Of a DNA stretch of 64,000 nt, positions 40,377-48,282 are shown piece after piece. Positions within the stretch are counted from its first letter, which is position 1. Each line of letters begins with the position of its first letter. Below the pieces are notes generated by a model. That model was not told where the DNA came from. It did no database searches and saw only the letters and a list, made by a program, of their open reading frames with translations. The position numbers were made by a program, and so were the translations under genes. This stretch comes from an uncultured Acidimicrobiales bacterium (GTDB lineage Bacteria; Actinomycetota; Acidimicrobiia; Acidimicrobiales; Bin134), in assembly GCA_951813555.1 (NCBI GenBank), contig OX638344.1:2975076-3039075 (forward strand), read 5' to 3'.

Positions 40377-41000
40377 ATGCTGACTGTAGAAACGGACCAT
40401 GCTGTCGAAGCGATCCAACAAGTAACCAAAACTCCTGCTGTGTCGTTCTCGATTGAAGGGTCCAAGATGCTAGGTGCGTTTGAACTCCTCCCTGATGAGC
40501 ATGAGAGACGGCAACGAGTTGGTGTCGGCGCAATCACCTCGAAGGCCCTCCTACACGGCCTTTGGTTACTGCCCCTCGGGGGCTTCGTGCCGAGTGGAGC
40601 CTTACCCGACTTGAAAGTACAGCAACTTCGCGAGGCTCCATACTCGGCCATCGAAACCAATCTTGGCTTCTGGCGAACTTACGATCCACCAGGGATTCTG
40701 CGATCAGTTGCATTCAGCAGCAACAACGTCGCACAGGCCGTTCAACGAGCTGTCAAGTTCACACCGATCTTTCAGCGGTTCGTTCTAACCAATGAAACGT
40801 GTGGCCCTGTTCCCTGGCCAGTCGAATGCCTAGCGCGCGAGTGGGGTATTGGCATCATCACCTTAAGCGAGCATGCTGACCCTCAGGTTGTAGTTCCGGC
40901 CAGTCCTCCCGAAATCGGGGTCCCGAGTGTCTACCGGTGGTGGGTAGCCGAATTGGCTTACCAGCGCTTCCTTTACAAAAGAGCCCAGCTTGTCAGCTGA
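40377..41000 (+). CDS. Hypothetical protein, 207 aa, no recognisable motif
   Basis: ATG-started ORF within the low-GC islet. The amino-acid composition looks protein-like, unlike the antisense frame. It is convergent with 40973-41995 and overlaps it by 28 nt. Confidence 0.45.
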   Translation: MLTVETDHAVEAIQQVTKTPAVSFSIEGSKMLGAFELLPDEHERRQRVGVGAITSKALLHGLWLLPLGGFVPSGALPDLKVQQLREAPYSAIETNLGFWRTYDPPGILRSVAFSSNNVAQAVQRAVKFTPIFQRFVLTNETCGPVPWPVECLAREWGIGIITLSEHADPQVVVPASPPEIGVPSVYRWWVAELAYQRFLYKRAQLVS

Positions 41001-41995
41001 GCCTTAGGATTCTCTGGACCCTGAATCCCAGCGAGGCCATACGACGTGACGGCGTCTCGACAGGCGTTGCGAAATATAGCAATCCGGTCAGCAGGCTCTG
41101 CATTGAGGATGTAGTCCGCGAAGTCTGCGAGGGCGTTCATGTTGTGCCATCTCGCATCGAGATCTGGGTCCAGGAACCGACCGAGCGAAGCTCCATGACA
41201 GCAAGCGAGAGGACAGACTACGTTGCTTCCGGCTGCCGTCCAGCCTGCGATGTCGTCGACCAGGAACCAGTCGAGCAATGGCCGTACAAAGAGCCGTGGC
41301 GAAGACCCGGGGCGACGACGAGGGCGCATCACCGCTGTTGCAAAATGACGAGTAGTGGTAGTAAGGCCGATTGAAGCATGCTCTGCGCCGAACACAACCG
41401 ATCCAAATGCTCCATGGTCACTACGAAGTTGGAATAAAGAGTCAATCCTGGATGCGATGCGCTGCATACCCTCGACCGCGCCCCCCTCAGACAGTGGATC
41501 CGCCCGGTGAGCAAGAACGAGAGCTACAGGCTGGCCAGTGGATTGCAGAGCATCAACTACCAATTCCGTTCGCTTAGCCACCCACCTAACGTCGAGTGCA
41601 AGCAGAATCATCGCTTCCAGGTCCTCGGCGATGCGACCTTGTTCTCTAACAGTCTGCTTTAGGGCTGCATCCGAGTCTCTGTCCCAATGGATGAAGGCCC
41701 CTGGAAGCAGAAGGCGAGCCGCTCCAACAATGACCTGCTGTTGAATCCATTGCTCAGGCCCAGGGACATTCTCAACTGCATATCCAGTCCCATCGAAGAT
41801 GAATGGACCTTCTAGACCAGCATCACGCAGCCGCTTTGCCGTTTCTGGCCCTTTCGGACCCGCAATTGTGATTGCATCAGCAAGCTCGACTGCAGACCTG
41901 GCCAATTCAGGATTTGTTTTGCAGGCATGGGCGGTGAGGTAGAAGGAGAACGAAACGGGACGTCTATCTACCTTCCATTCAGCCCGTGCGGTCAT
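40973..41995 (-). CDS. Hypothetical protein, 340 aa, alternating beta/alpha pattern with a C-terminal Cys/His cluster. Translationally coupled to the HTH-peptidase gene.
   Basis: The ATG overlaps the upstream stop as ATGA (41992-41995). No TM segment. Cys/His cluster 'VVCPLACCHG...ARWHNMNAL'. I cannot place it in a family. Confidence 0.65.
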   Translation of the reverse strand: MTARAEWKVDRRPVSFSFYLTAHACKTNPELARSAVELADAITIAGPKGPETAKRLRDAGLEGPFIFDGTGYAVENVPGPEQWIQQQVIVGAARLLLPGAFIHWDRDSDAALKQTVREQGRIAEDLEAMILLALDVRWVAKRTELVVDALQSTGQPVALVLAHRADPLSEGGAVEGMQRIASRIDSLFQLRSDHGAFGSVVFGAEHASIGLTTTTRHFATAVMRPRRRPGSSPRLFVRPLLDWFLVDDIAGWTAAGSNVVCPLACCHGASLGRFLDPDLDARWHNMNALADFADYILNAEPADRIAIFRNACRDAVTSYGLAGIQGPENPKAQLTSWALL

Positions 41996-43083
41996 GAGAA
42001 AAGCCCTGCGTCATGAAGGTCGGGACGCACCTTAGGAAGCTGGTTGCGATGCAGGCTGAACCTCTTAGTTTCGTACTGGATATTTCCGATGACCACGCTC
42101 GGATGCACGTTGTACTGCGACGCTGCTTGAAGGATTGCTGGCACGGATGCCGACGTGAATTCGAAACCGCCTGGAAAGAGCCATTCAGTGGCCTGGTCGT
42201 TTGCCGCTATTTCATCTGGATCACTTTGAGGCCCCATGAGGTCGTCATCGAGGATCGCACCGGACTGCGCGGTGATATGGCCCAGTGTCAGGTGGGCACA
42301 TTCGTGAAGCAGCGCGAAGAGCAGACTGTCGAACCGGTTGTTTCGCGTGGTCAGCCCGATCACGGGCCGCCCATCCGTTAGAAAAGTCACCGCGCCGTCG
42401 AGCTTGCCCCCCCGTAGCCCCTCTGCAAACACCAGGGAGACACCACGCTCTCCGAGCAGAAGTGGCAGCTTGGACAGTTCACTGGGTCCATCCTTGAGGA
42501 TCCGGGGAAGGCTCTTTGCGAGGTGCCCCAGCCCATCAATATCGAACGCCGCGACGCCTTGGGTGTCCGCTACCTTCCGGATATACGCAAGCCAAGCAAC
42601 CTGCTCGATTGTTATTGGATCAGCAGAATTGGAGCGCTTCGCCGCCATAGCAAACTGAGGACTGTCATCCAGGTTGCTGATTTCCAGTAGATCGCACACG
42701 GCCGACTCAGTGGCATCAAGGTCATCGGTCTCAGGGATCCACCCCCGAGACCGCACCTGGGCCAGCGGAATCCTCTGGCGTAGTCGAGCTCGCCGAGCAA
42801 CAGGGGTGCGTTCATCTTGGCTTGTAACTGAGCGCTGTTCGTACAAGCGATATGCAGTCTGGAGGTTCAACCAAAGCTCAGGTGTGGTGCCGAGCGCCTC
42901 CGAGAAGGAAATCGCAGTCTCGGTGGTGATCTCCTTCTTTCCGTTCAGAATCTCGGAAACTGCCTGAATGGGCCGATCGATGATCTCTGCGAACTCAGTG
43001 ACAGTCCACTCGCGCTCGTCCAACTCATCACGGAGATACTCACCTGCCGGAAAAACCTCAGCAGGAGTGTAGGTTCTAGCCAT
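41992..43083 (-). CDS. HigA-family XRE helix-turn-helix antitoxin fused to an ImmA/IrrE (COG2856/DUF955-type) zinc metallopeptidase domain
   Basis: N-terminus 'PAGEYLRDELDEREWTVTEFAEIIDRPIQAVSEILNGKKEITTETAISFSEALGTTPELWLNLQ' matches the HigA/VapI antidote pattern. The C-terminal half has HExxH ('LLHECAHLTLGH'). GGGAGGAG lies upstream of the ATG. Confidence 0.75.
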   Translation of the reverse strand: MARTYTPAEVFPAGEYLRDELDEREWTVTEFAEIIDRPIQAVSEILNGKKEITTETAISFSEALGTTPELWLNLQTAYRLYEQRSVTSQDERTPVARRARLRQRIPLAQVRSRGWIPETDDLDATESAVCDLLEISNLDDSPQFAMAAKRSNSADPITIEQVAWLAYIRKVADTQGVAAFDIDGLGHLAKSLPRILKDGPSELSKLPLLLGERGVSLVFAEGLRGGKLDGAVTFLTDGRPVIGLTTRNNRFDSLLFALLHECAHLTLGHITAQSGAILDDDLMGPQSDPDEIAANDQATEWLFPGGFEFTSASVPAILQAASQYNVHPSVVIGNIQYETKRFSLHRNQLPKVRPDLHDAGLFS

Positions 43084-43100
43084 AGTGACGAATCTCCTCC

Positions 43101-43400
43101 CTAGTGGTAATCAACGACTTCGACGATGACCAGGAAGCGGCCTTCGGCATCGGTCTCAACCCGCAAGATGAGCCTCCACCGACGATTGAGCCGGATCGAA
43201 TGCTGGCCAGCACGCCCCCCTTGGAGCTTCTCAAAGTGCAGCGCCTTGTAGTTCCGAAGATCGACCTCGGACTCCGCCTGCGCGAGAAATCCCACCTTCT
43301 TCCGAAAGGCCTTCACAACATCCGAGCTGAGGCTGGGCAGCACGAAGTCGCGTTCCTCGTACAGTCGCCGCAGATTGTCGTCCTCGAATTCCAGCCTCAT
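43101..43400 (-). CDS. higB: HigB-like (RelE-superfamily, plasmid maintenance system killer) toxin
   Basis: 99 aa. 'AFRKKV..L......DL.....LHFEKLQGGRAGQHSIRLNRRWRLILRVE' matches the HigB-family pattern. It sits 17 nt upstream of the HigA-like gene, in toxin-first order as in higBA. Confidence 0.7.
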   Translation of the reverse strand: MRLEFEDDNLRRLYEERDFVLPSLSSDVVKAFRKKVGFLAQAESEVDLRNYKALHFEKLQGGRAGQHSIRLNRRWRLILRVETDAEGRFLVIVEVVDYH

Positions 43401-43410
43401 GCTTCATGCC

Positions 43411-43427
43411 TTCACCCTAGAGGTGAA
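43411..43427. promoter_or_regulatory. Inverted repeat immediately upstream of the higB-like start (candidate operator or SD-occluding hairpin)
   Basis: TTCACC-CTAGA-GGTGAA lies 10 nt upstream of the start codon and overlaps the likely Shine-Dalgarno sequence (GGTGAAGG on the coding strand). Confidence 0.3.
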
Positions 43428-43563
43428 AACCCTATCACGCAAGTACCATTTTCGGGTTCATCCCGTGACGAAGCCGAACCCAATGATGAACCAACCTATT
43501 CCCTCTGCTGGCAAGCTTGACGAATACAACGATCGCCGTGATCTTCGCACCCTCCCTGCACTG

Positions 43564-44067
43564 ATGGCTCGGCTGTTTTTGGCGGTATTTCCGCCGACTG
43601 ATGTCATAGATCGGCTAGGCGGGTTGGAGCGACCCGCGGTTGACGGGCTGCGGTGGACGGGGCGGGTGCAGTGGCACGTAACACTGAGGTTTCTGGGGGA
43701 GGCGGAGTCTGGAGAGGTGAAAAGCAGCTTGCGTGGGTTTCAGGGTTCGGCGTCAACGGTGCGGCTCGGACCAGCTAGCAGGCGGCTGGGGTCACGGGTA
43801 CTGGTGTTGCCGGCGGGTGGGCTGGGGCAGTTGGCGGCTGAAGTGCGGGCCCGGACCGAGGACATCGGACAGCCACCGGACCGACGAGGTTTCACCGGTC
43901 ACCTGACGCTGGCCCGAGCTCGCAAGCGGATACCGGCCACGGTTGTCGGGCTGCCATTCGAGGCTGAGTTCCAGGCCGCCGAGCTGTGGCTGGTGTCCAG
44001 CGAGCTGCACCCCGACGGAGCCCGCTACAACCGACTCAGCCAGTGGCCACTGACGGCAGGGATCTGA
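43564..44067 (+). CDS. thpR: RNA 2',3'-cyclic phosphodiesterase (2H phosphoesterase, ThpR/LigT family)
   Basis: ATG 43564 ('MARLFLAVFPP'). Two HxT/Sx motifs, 'HVTLRFLG' and 'HLTLAR'. About 167 aa. Confidence 0.8.
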   Translation: MARLFLAVFPPTDVIDRLGGLERPAVDGLRWTGRVQWHVTLRFLGEAESGEVKSSLRGFQGSASTVRLGPASRRLGSRVLVLPAGGLGQLAAEVRARTEDIGQPPDRRGFTGHLTLARARKRIPATVVGLPFEAEFQAAELWLVSSELHPDGARYNRLSQWPLTAGI

Positions 44068-44091
44068 GAGGAGTCTTGATCAAGACTCCTC
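44068..44091. terminator. Perfect 24-nt palindrome between convergent thpR and pcm (candidate bidirectional terminator hairpin)
   Basis: GAGGAGTCTTGATCAAGACTCCTC equals its own reverse complement. It starts 1 nt after the thpR stop and includes the last codons and stop of pcm. Confidence 0.45.
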
Positions 44092-44730
44092 GACGAGGGG
44101 GACGAATCTCACGGGACAGAACCGCTTGGAGGTGGTCTCCTCCCCCATTCGGGTTATAAGGGTCAGATTCTGGGACTGTGACGGCGACCCCAAGGGAATC
44201 ACCAGCCTTCCGCCGTCAGCCAGCTGGTCTACCAGCGCGGGCGGGATGCTGGATGCGGCCGCGGTCACCACCACTGCGTCATAGGGGGCGCCGGGTAGGT
44301 GGCCCTGTGAACCGTCGGCGCACACCACAGTGGTGTTGGCGTACTCCAGCTTGGACAGCACGCGGGCCGCGGCGTCGGCCAGCTTCCTGTGGCGCTCCAC
44401 CGAAACCACTGAGCTAGCCAGTTCGGCCAGCACGGCGGCCCCGTACCCTGAGCCGGTGCCCACTTCCAGCACCCGGTCGTCGGGGCCGATGGCTGCGGCC
44501 TCGGCCATGAGGGCCACTATGTAGGGCTGCGAGATGGTCTGGCCCGCGGGGATGGGCAACGGGTGGTCTTTGTAGGCGTCGCTGGCCAGTGATCGGGACA
44601 CGAAACGGTGGCGGGGAACCGTTCTCATGGCCTCCAGGACCCGCGGGTCGCAAACCCCCCGCCCCTCGATCTGGCGGCGCACCATGGCCAACCGCCGTTC
44701 TCGATGCCGGTCTTCCGCAGCCCCGGCCAT
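44080..44730 (-). CDS. pcm: Protein-L-isoaspartate O-methyltransferase
   Basis: 'TISQPYIVALM', 'VLEVGTGSGYGAAVLAEL' and 'LVDQLADGGRLVIP'. Confidence 0.9.
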   Translation of the reverse strand: MAGAAEDRHRERRLAMVRRQIEGRGVCDPRVLEAMRTVPRHRFVSRSLASDAYKDHPLPIPAGQTISQPYIVALMAEAAAIGPDDRVLEVGTGSGYGAAVLAELASSVVSVERHRKLADAAARVLSKLEYANTTVVCADGSQGHLPGAPYDAVVVTAAASSIPPALVDQLADGGRLVIPLGSPSQSQNLTLITRMGEETTSKRFCPVRFVPLVEES

Positions 44731-44775
44731 GTCTAATGATGCTTCAACCGCACCGACCCAGGGGCGGAGAATGGC

Positions 44776-45225
44776 CTACGAACGCGCCTGTGACTGCATG
44801 GCTGGGTAAACGCCGGTTTCCTCGAACACTGCTTGCAAGGCATCGGCATCGCGGGTGAAGTCTCTGTCATGCTGGGCGGTGGCCTGCTCGGCGGTGGCAT
44901 CCCAGGGCGGTGCCGGAGCCCACCAGGGGGGCATCTCGGAACCTCCGTCGGCGGTCTCCTCGGGGATGAAGGCCAAGCACCATTGCCAAGAGCCCATCTG
45001 TTCTGGGTCGCTGGTGTCAGGATGGCCCCCGGGTGGAACCAGGGCATAGGTGAAACCCGGGCCGGGACCCGACGTCTCAACCTGGCGAGACGGGATTTGG
45101 CGAGAGCGCGGCAACCGGGCGGCCATAAACGGCAAGGACAGCAGCAACAAAACGATTATCGAAGTCACTACCGTGGTTAGGTTTAAATCGGGCATATCAG
45201 GTGTCTCCGTCGAGAGCAGAGCCAT
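44776..45225 (-). CDS. Hypothetical single-pass membrane protein
   Basis: N-terminal TM 'VVTSIIVLLLLSLPFMAA', then a Pro/Trp-rich segment. No known motif. Confidence 0.4.
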   Translation of the reverse strand: MALLSTETPDMPDLNLTTVVTSIIVLLLLSLPFMAARLPRSRQIPSRQVETSGPGPGFTYALVPPGGHPDTSDPEQMGSWQWCLAFIPEETADGGSEMPPWWAPAPPWDATAEQATAQHDRDFTRDADALQAVFEETGVYPAMQSQARS

Positions 45226-45334
45226 GATCTACTCAAGCAACACAGGCCCCTTGAACCCCACCCGCAACAACAAAGGTTAGCCACCCGTTCCGAAAACGTC
45301 AATCGGTAATCTTGTCCGCGGAATACAGGAAAAC

Positions 45335-46417
45335 TCAGATCACCACTACTGAGCGGAGCACCTCTCCCCGCTCCATAGCGTGAAACGCCTCCTCAACGTC
45401 CTCCAGTGCGATGGTCTCCGACACGAACCGCTCCAGGTTCAGCCGCCCCTGGAGATACAGGTCGATCAGCATGGGGAAGTCCCGAGATGGCAGGCAGTCG
45501 CCGTACCACGACGATTTGAGGACGCCGCCCCGGCCGAAGACCTCGATCATCGGCAGTTCAATGCGCATCTCCGGATTGGGCACCCCTACCAGCACTACGA
45601 CCCCGGCCAGATCCCGGGCGTAGAAGGCCTGCTCGTAAGTCAGGGGCAGGCCGATGGCCTCGATGGCCACATCCACCCCGTGCCCGCCGGTCAGTTCCCG
45701 GATCCGCTCCACCGGATCCTCCCGGCTGGAATTGACCGTGTGGGTGGCGCCGAACTCCTTGGCCCACTTCAGCTTGGTGTCGTCGATGTCCACTCCGATG
45801 ATGGTGTGGGCTCCGGCCAGCCGGGATCCCTCAATGGCCGCGTCGCCCACGCCACCGCAGCCGAACACGGCCACTGAGTCGCCCCGGCCGACGCCGCCGG
45901 TGTTCATGGCCGCGCCCAGCCCGGCCATGACCCCGCAGCCGATAAGGCCGGCCACTTCCGGGCGGGCCTTGAGATTGACCTTGGTGGCCTGGCCGGCGGC
46001 TATCAGCGTCTTTTCGGCGAAGGCCCCGATGCCCAGCGCGGGCGACAGCTCCTGGCCGTCCAGCGTCATCTTCTGGGTGGCGTTATGGGTGGCGAAGCAG
46101 TACCACGGCCGGCCCCGAAGGCACGATCGGCAATTGCCGCACACAGCCCGCCAATTGAGGATCACGAAGTCACCGGGGGCCACATTGGTCACGCCCTCTC
46201 CCACCGACTCCACCACTCCGGCCGCCTCATGGCCTAACAGGAACGGGAACTCGTCGTTGATGGCCCCCTCCCGATAGTGCAGATCGGTGTGGCAGACCCC
46301 GCAGGCCTGCACAGCTACCAGGGCCTCGCCCGGTCCGGGGTCGGGCACCTCGATGACTTCGATGCTGACCGGTTCGCCCTTGGCCTTGGCGACTACGGCT
46401 CGAACCTGCTGGGCCAT
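45335..46417 (-). CDS. Zn-dependent class III alcohol dehydrogenase (S-(hydroxymethyl)mycothiol/glutathione dehydrogenase-like)
   Basis: '[10 protein letters not shown]', '[15 protein letters not shown]' and 'GCGGVG'. AAGGAG lies upstream of ATG 46417. Confidence 0.85.
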   Translation of the reverse strand: MAQQVRAVVAKAKGEPVSIEVIEVPDPGPGEALVAVQACGVCHTDLHYREGAINDEFPFLLGHEAAGVVESVGEGVTNVAPGDFVILNWRAVCGNCRSCLRGRPWYCFATHNATQKMTLDGQELSPALGIGAFAEKTLIAAGQATKVNLKARPEVAGLIGCGVMAGLGAAMNTGGVGRGDSVAVFGCGGVGDAAIEGSRLAGAHTIIGVDIDDTKLKWAKEFGATHTVNSSREDPVERIRELTGGHGVDVAIEAIGLPLTYEQAFYARDLAGVVVLVGVPNPEMRIELPMIEVFGRGGVLKSSWYGDCLPSRDFPMLIDLYLQGRLNLERFVSETIALEDVEEAFHAMERGEVLRSVVVI

Positions 46418-46533
46418 CTGCTGCTCCTTTCGACCCGCCACCGGCTACTAAAGCCGAGGCCATCTGCCGCGAACCTACTACGCCCCGAGAAAGCCAGGTG
46501 TCCAAGAAGTGCCGAGGAGGAGGGGTCAGCCTG

Positions 46534-47427
46534 TCAGGCGTCCAAAAAGCGGCTCACCGCGATCCCAGAGCCCACCGTGCCCACGATCGCGCCTAGCCCC
46601 ACCATCTGGAAGCCCAGCGTCCAGACCCGTGAGGGATCGACGGTGAAGCCCCGTAGCAGTTCCAGCGAGACATCGTCGTTGATAACGCTGAAGAAGTTAT
46701 TGGTTAGCCATATAAGCGGGATGGCGATCACCCCGCCGATCAGCCCCTGAACAAGCCCTTCGAACATGAACGGCACTCGGATGAACCAGTTGGTGGCACC
46801 AACCAGTTTCATAACTTCGATATCCCGACGGCGGGAGAACAGCGCCATTCGGATGGTGTTCAAGATCAGCACCGCGGCGGCCACCAGCAAGACGATGGCA
46901 ATGATGATCACTCTCTGGCGCAGCCCGCTGGACAGATCCTCGATAGCCCGGATGGTTTCGCTGGCGGTGACCACTTTGGCCACCCCCGGCTGGGCCCGGA
47001 AAACGGCGGCCAGCTCGTCCACCCGCTCCGGGAGGGTGTCAGTGGGCTTGACCCGGAATGACGCCGGCAGCCGCTCGGGGGTGATGACGTCCACCAGTTC
47101 TGGGGAGTCGCCCAACAGATCCTGCACCTCGGCGTAGGCCTCGTCTTTGTCGATGTAGGTGAACCCGCTGACCTCGGGAGAGCCCTCGAGTTGGCGGCGG
47201 ACATCGGACTCCAGCTCCGGGCTGATATCGGGTTCCATGAACACGATGAACTCCACCCCGTCCTTCCAGCGGACGGTGGCGTTGTCCACCGCGTCGCCGA
47301 ACAGCAGTGCGGCGCCCAGAAGCGTCAGCGAGATCGTGACGGTGATGACGGTGGCCAGCGTGAGGGTGATATTGCGGCGGAAGTTGCTGGCCGTCTCCCG
47401 CAGGACGTAGTCCAACCTGAGGCTCAT
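46534..47427 (-). CDS. ftsX: Cell-division ABC transporter permease-like protein FtsX
   Basis: 'LRETASNFRRNITLTLATVITV', a large extracytoplasmic loop and a C-terminal 3-TM bundle. It follows ftsE. An alternative start is 47469. Confidence 0.85.
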   Translation of the reverse strand: MSLRLDYVLRETASNFRRNITLTLATVITVTISLTLLGAALLFGDAVDNATVRWKDGVEFIVFMEPDISPELESDVRRQLEGSPEVSGFTYIDKDEAYAEVQDLLGDSPELVDVITPERLPASFRVKPTDTLPERVDELAAVFRAQPGVAKVVTASETIRAIEDLSSGLRQRVIIIAIVLLVAAAVLILNTIRMALFSRRRDIEVMKLVGATNWFIRVPFMFEGLVQGLIGGVIAIPLIWLTNNFFSVINDDVSLELLRGFTVDPSRVWTLGFQMVGLGAIVGTVGSGIAVSRFLDA

Positions 47428-47480
47428 CGGCTCGCGTCCACCGATCGGCCCCCGCCGCCGGGATCCCACCAGCCCATCGG

Positions 47481-48158
47481 CTATTCGTACACGCCCCGGG
47501 ACTGGTCCCGGACGATCTGGCCCCGGTCCAGCTCCACAACCCGGCGGCGCATTTTGTCGACGATGCTCCGGTCATGGGTGGCCATGACCACCGTGGTACC
47601 GGTGCGGTTGATGCGGTCCAGCAGGGTCATGATGCCCAGCGAGGTATTGGGATCGAGGTTCCCGGTGGGCTCATCGGCCAACAGAATCAGCGGCCGGTTC
47701 ACGAAGGCCCGGGCGATGGACACCCGCTGCTGCTCTCCGCCCGACAGCTCGTCGGGATAGTTGTGCATCTTCTTGGACAGCCCCACCAGCTCCAAAATGG
47801 CCGGCACCTTGGACTTGATCACACTGCGGGGGCGGCCGATCACCTCTAGGGCGAAGGCCACGTTTTGGACCACGGTCTTGTTGGGCAGCAACTTGAAGTC
47901 TTGGAAGACGCAGCCGATGTTGCGCCGCAAAAAAGGCACCTTCCAACTCGGCAGCTCGCCGATGTCCCGACCGGCTACGAACACCCGGCCCCGATCGGGC
48001 CTCTCCTCTTTGTTCAGAAGGCGCATGAACGTGGACTTGCCCGAACCCGATGGACCCACCAAAAAGACAAACTCCCCCCGCTGCACATCGCAGGTGGCGT
48101 TCTGAAGGGCGAGCACCTCGCCCTTGTACACCTTGGTGACGTTCTCCATTCTGATCAT
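47481..48158 (-). CDS. ftsE: Cell-division ATP-binding protein FtsE
   Basis: '[11 protein letters not shown]', Walker A 'GPSGSGKST', the signature 'LSGGEQQRV' and Walker B '[12 protein letters not shown]'. Confidence 0.9.
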   Translation of the reverse strand: MIRMENVTKVYKGEVLALQNATCDVQRGEFVFLVGPSGSGKSTFMRLLNKEERPDRGRVFVAGRDIGELPSWKVPFLRRNIGCVFQDFKLLPNKTVVQNVAFALEVIGRPRSVIKSKVPAILELVGLSKKMHNYPDELSGGEQQRVSIARAFVNRPLILLADEPTGNLDPNTSLGIMTLLDRINRTGTTVVMATHDRSIVDKMRRRVVELDRGQIVRDQSRGVYE

Positions 48159-48282
48159 GCGATGTGAACTCCGAAATGCGGGCTCGGCGCGAATCCCGCC
48201 GCGGCGGTCCGGCAAGCCCGACCTACGCTATCACCGGCCCAAGACGGCGTACGCGCACCCCTCCCATTGAGAGCGACAATGC

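Larger units (their letters stand above)
40201..43511. other. Lower-GC accessory islet carrying a toxin-antitoxin-like or defence-like module (no integrase or transposase)
   Basis: My spot GC counts are 29/60 (line 40261), 27/60 (41401) and 31/60 (42601), against 35/60 (39001) and 42/60 (44401) outside. Codon and amino-acid usage also change visibly. The boundaries are set at an imperfect direct repeat (see findings). Confidence 0.5.

Noticed and set aside
40274-40660. 128-aa minus-strand ORF inside the islet, antisense to the 207-aa ORF.
   Set aside because: Its translation is Ser/Arg/Cys-rich and looks non-protein-like. The plus-strand frame has better composition and a plausible start context.
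40112-43563. Calling the islet a prophage, integrative element or transposon.
   Set aside because: There is no integrase, recombinase, transposase or terminal inverted repeat. Only weak imperfect direct repeats are present. The nearest tRNA (36392-36476) is about 3.7 kb away, with housekeeping genes in between.
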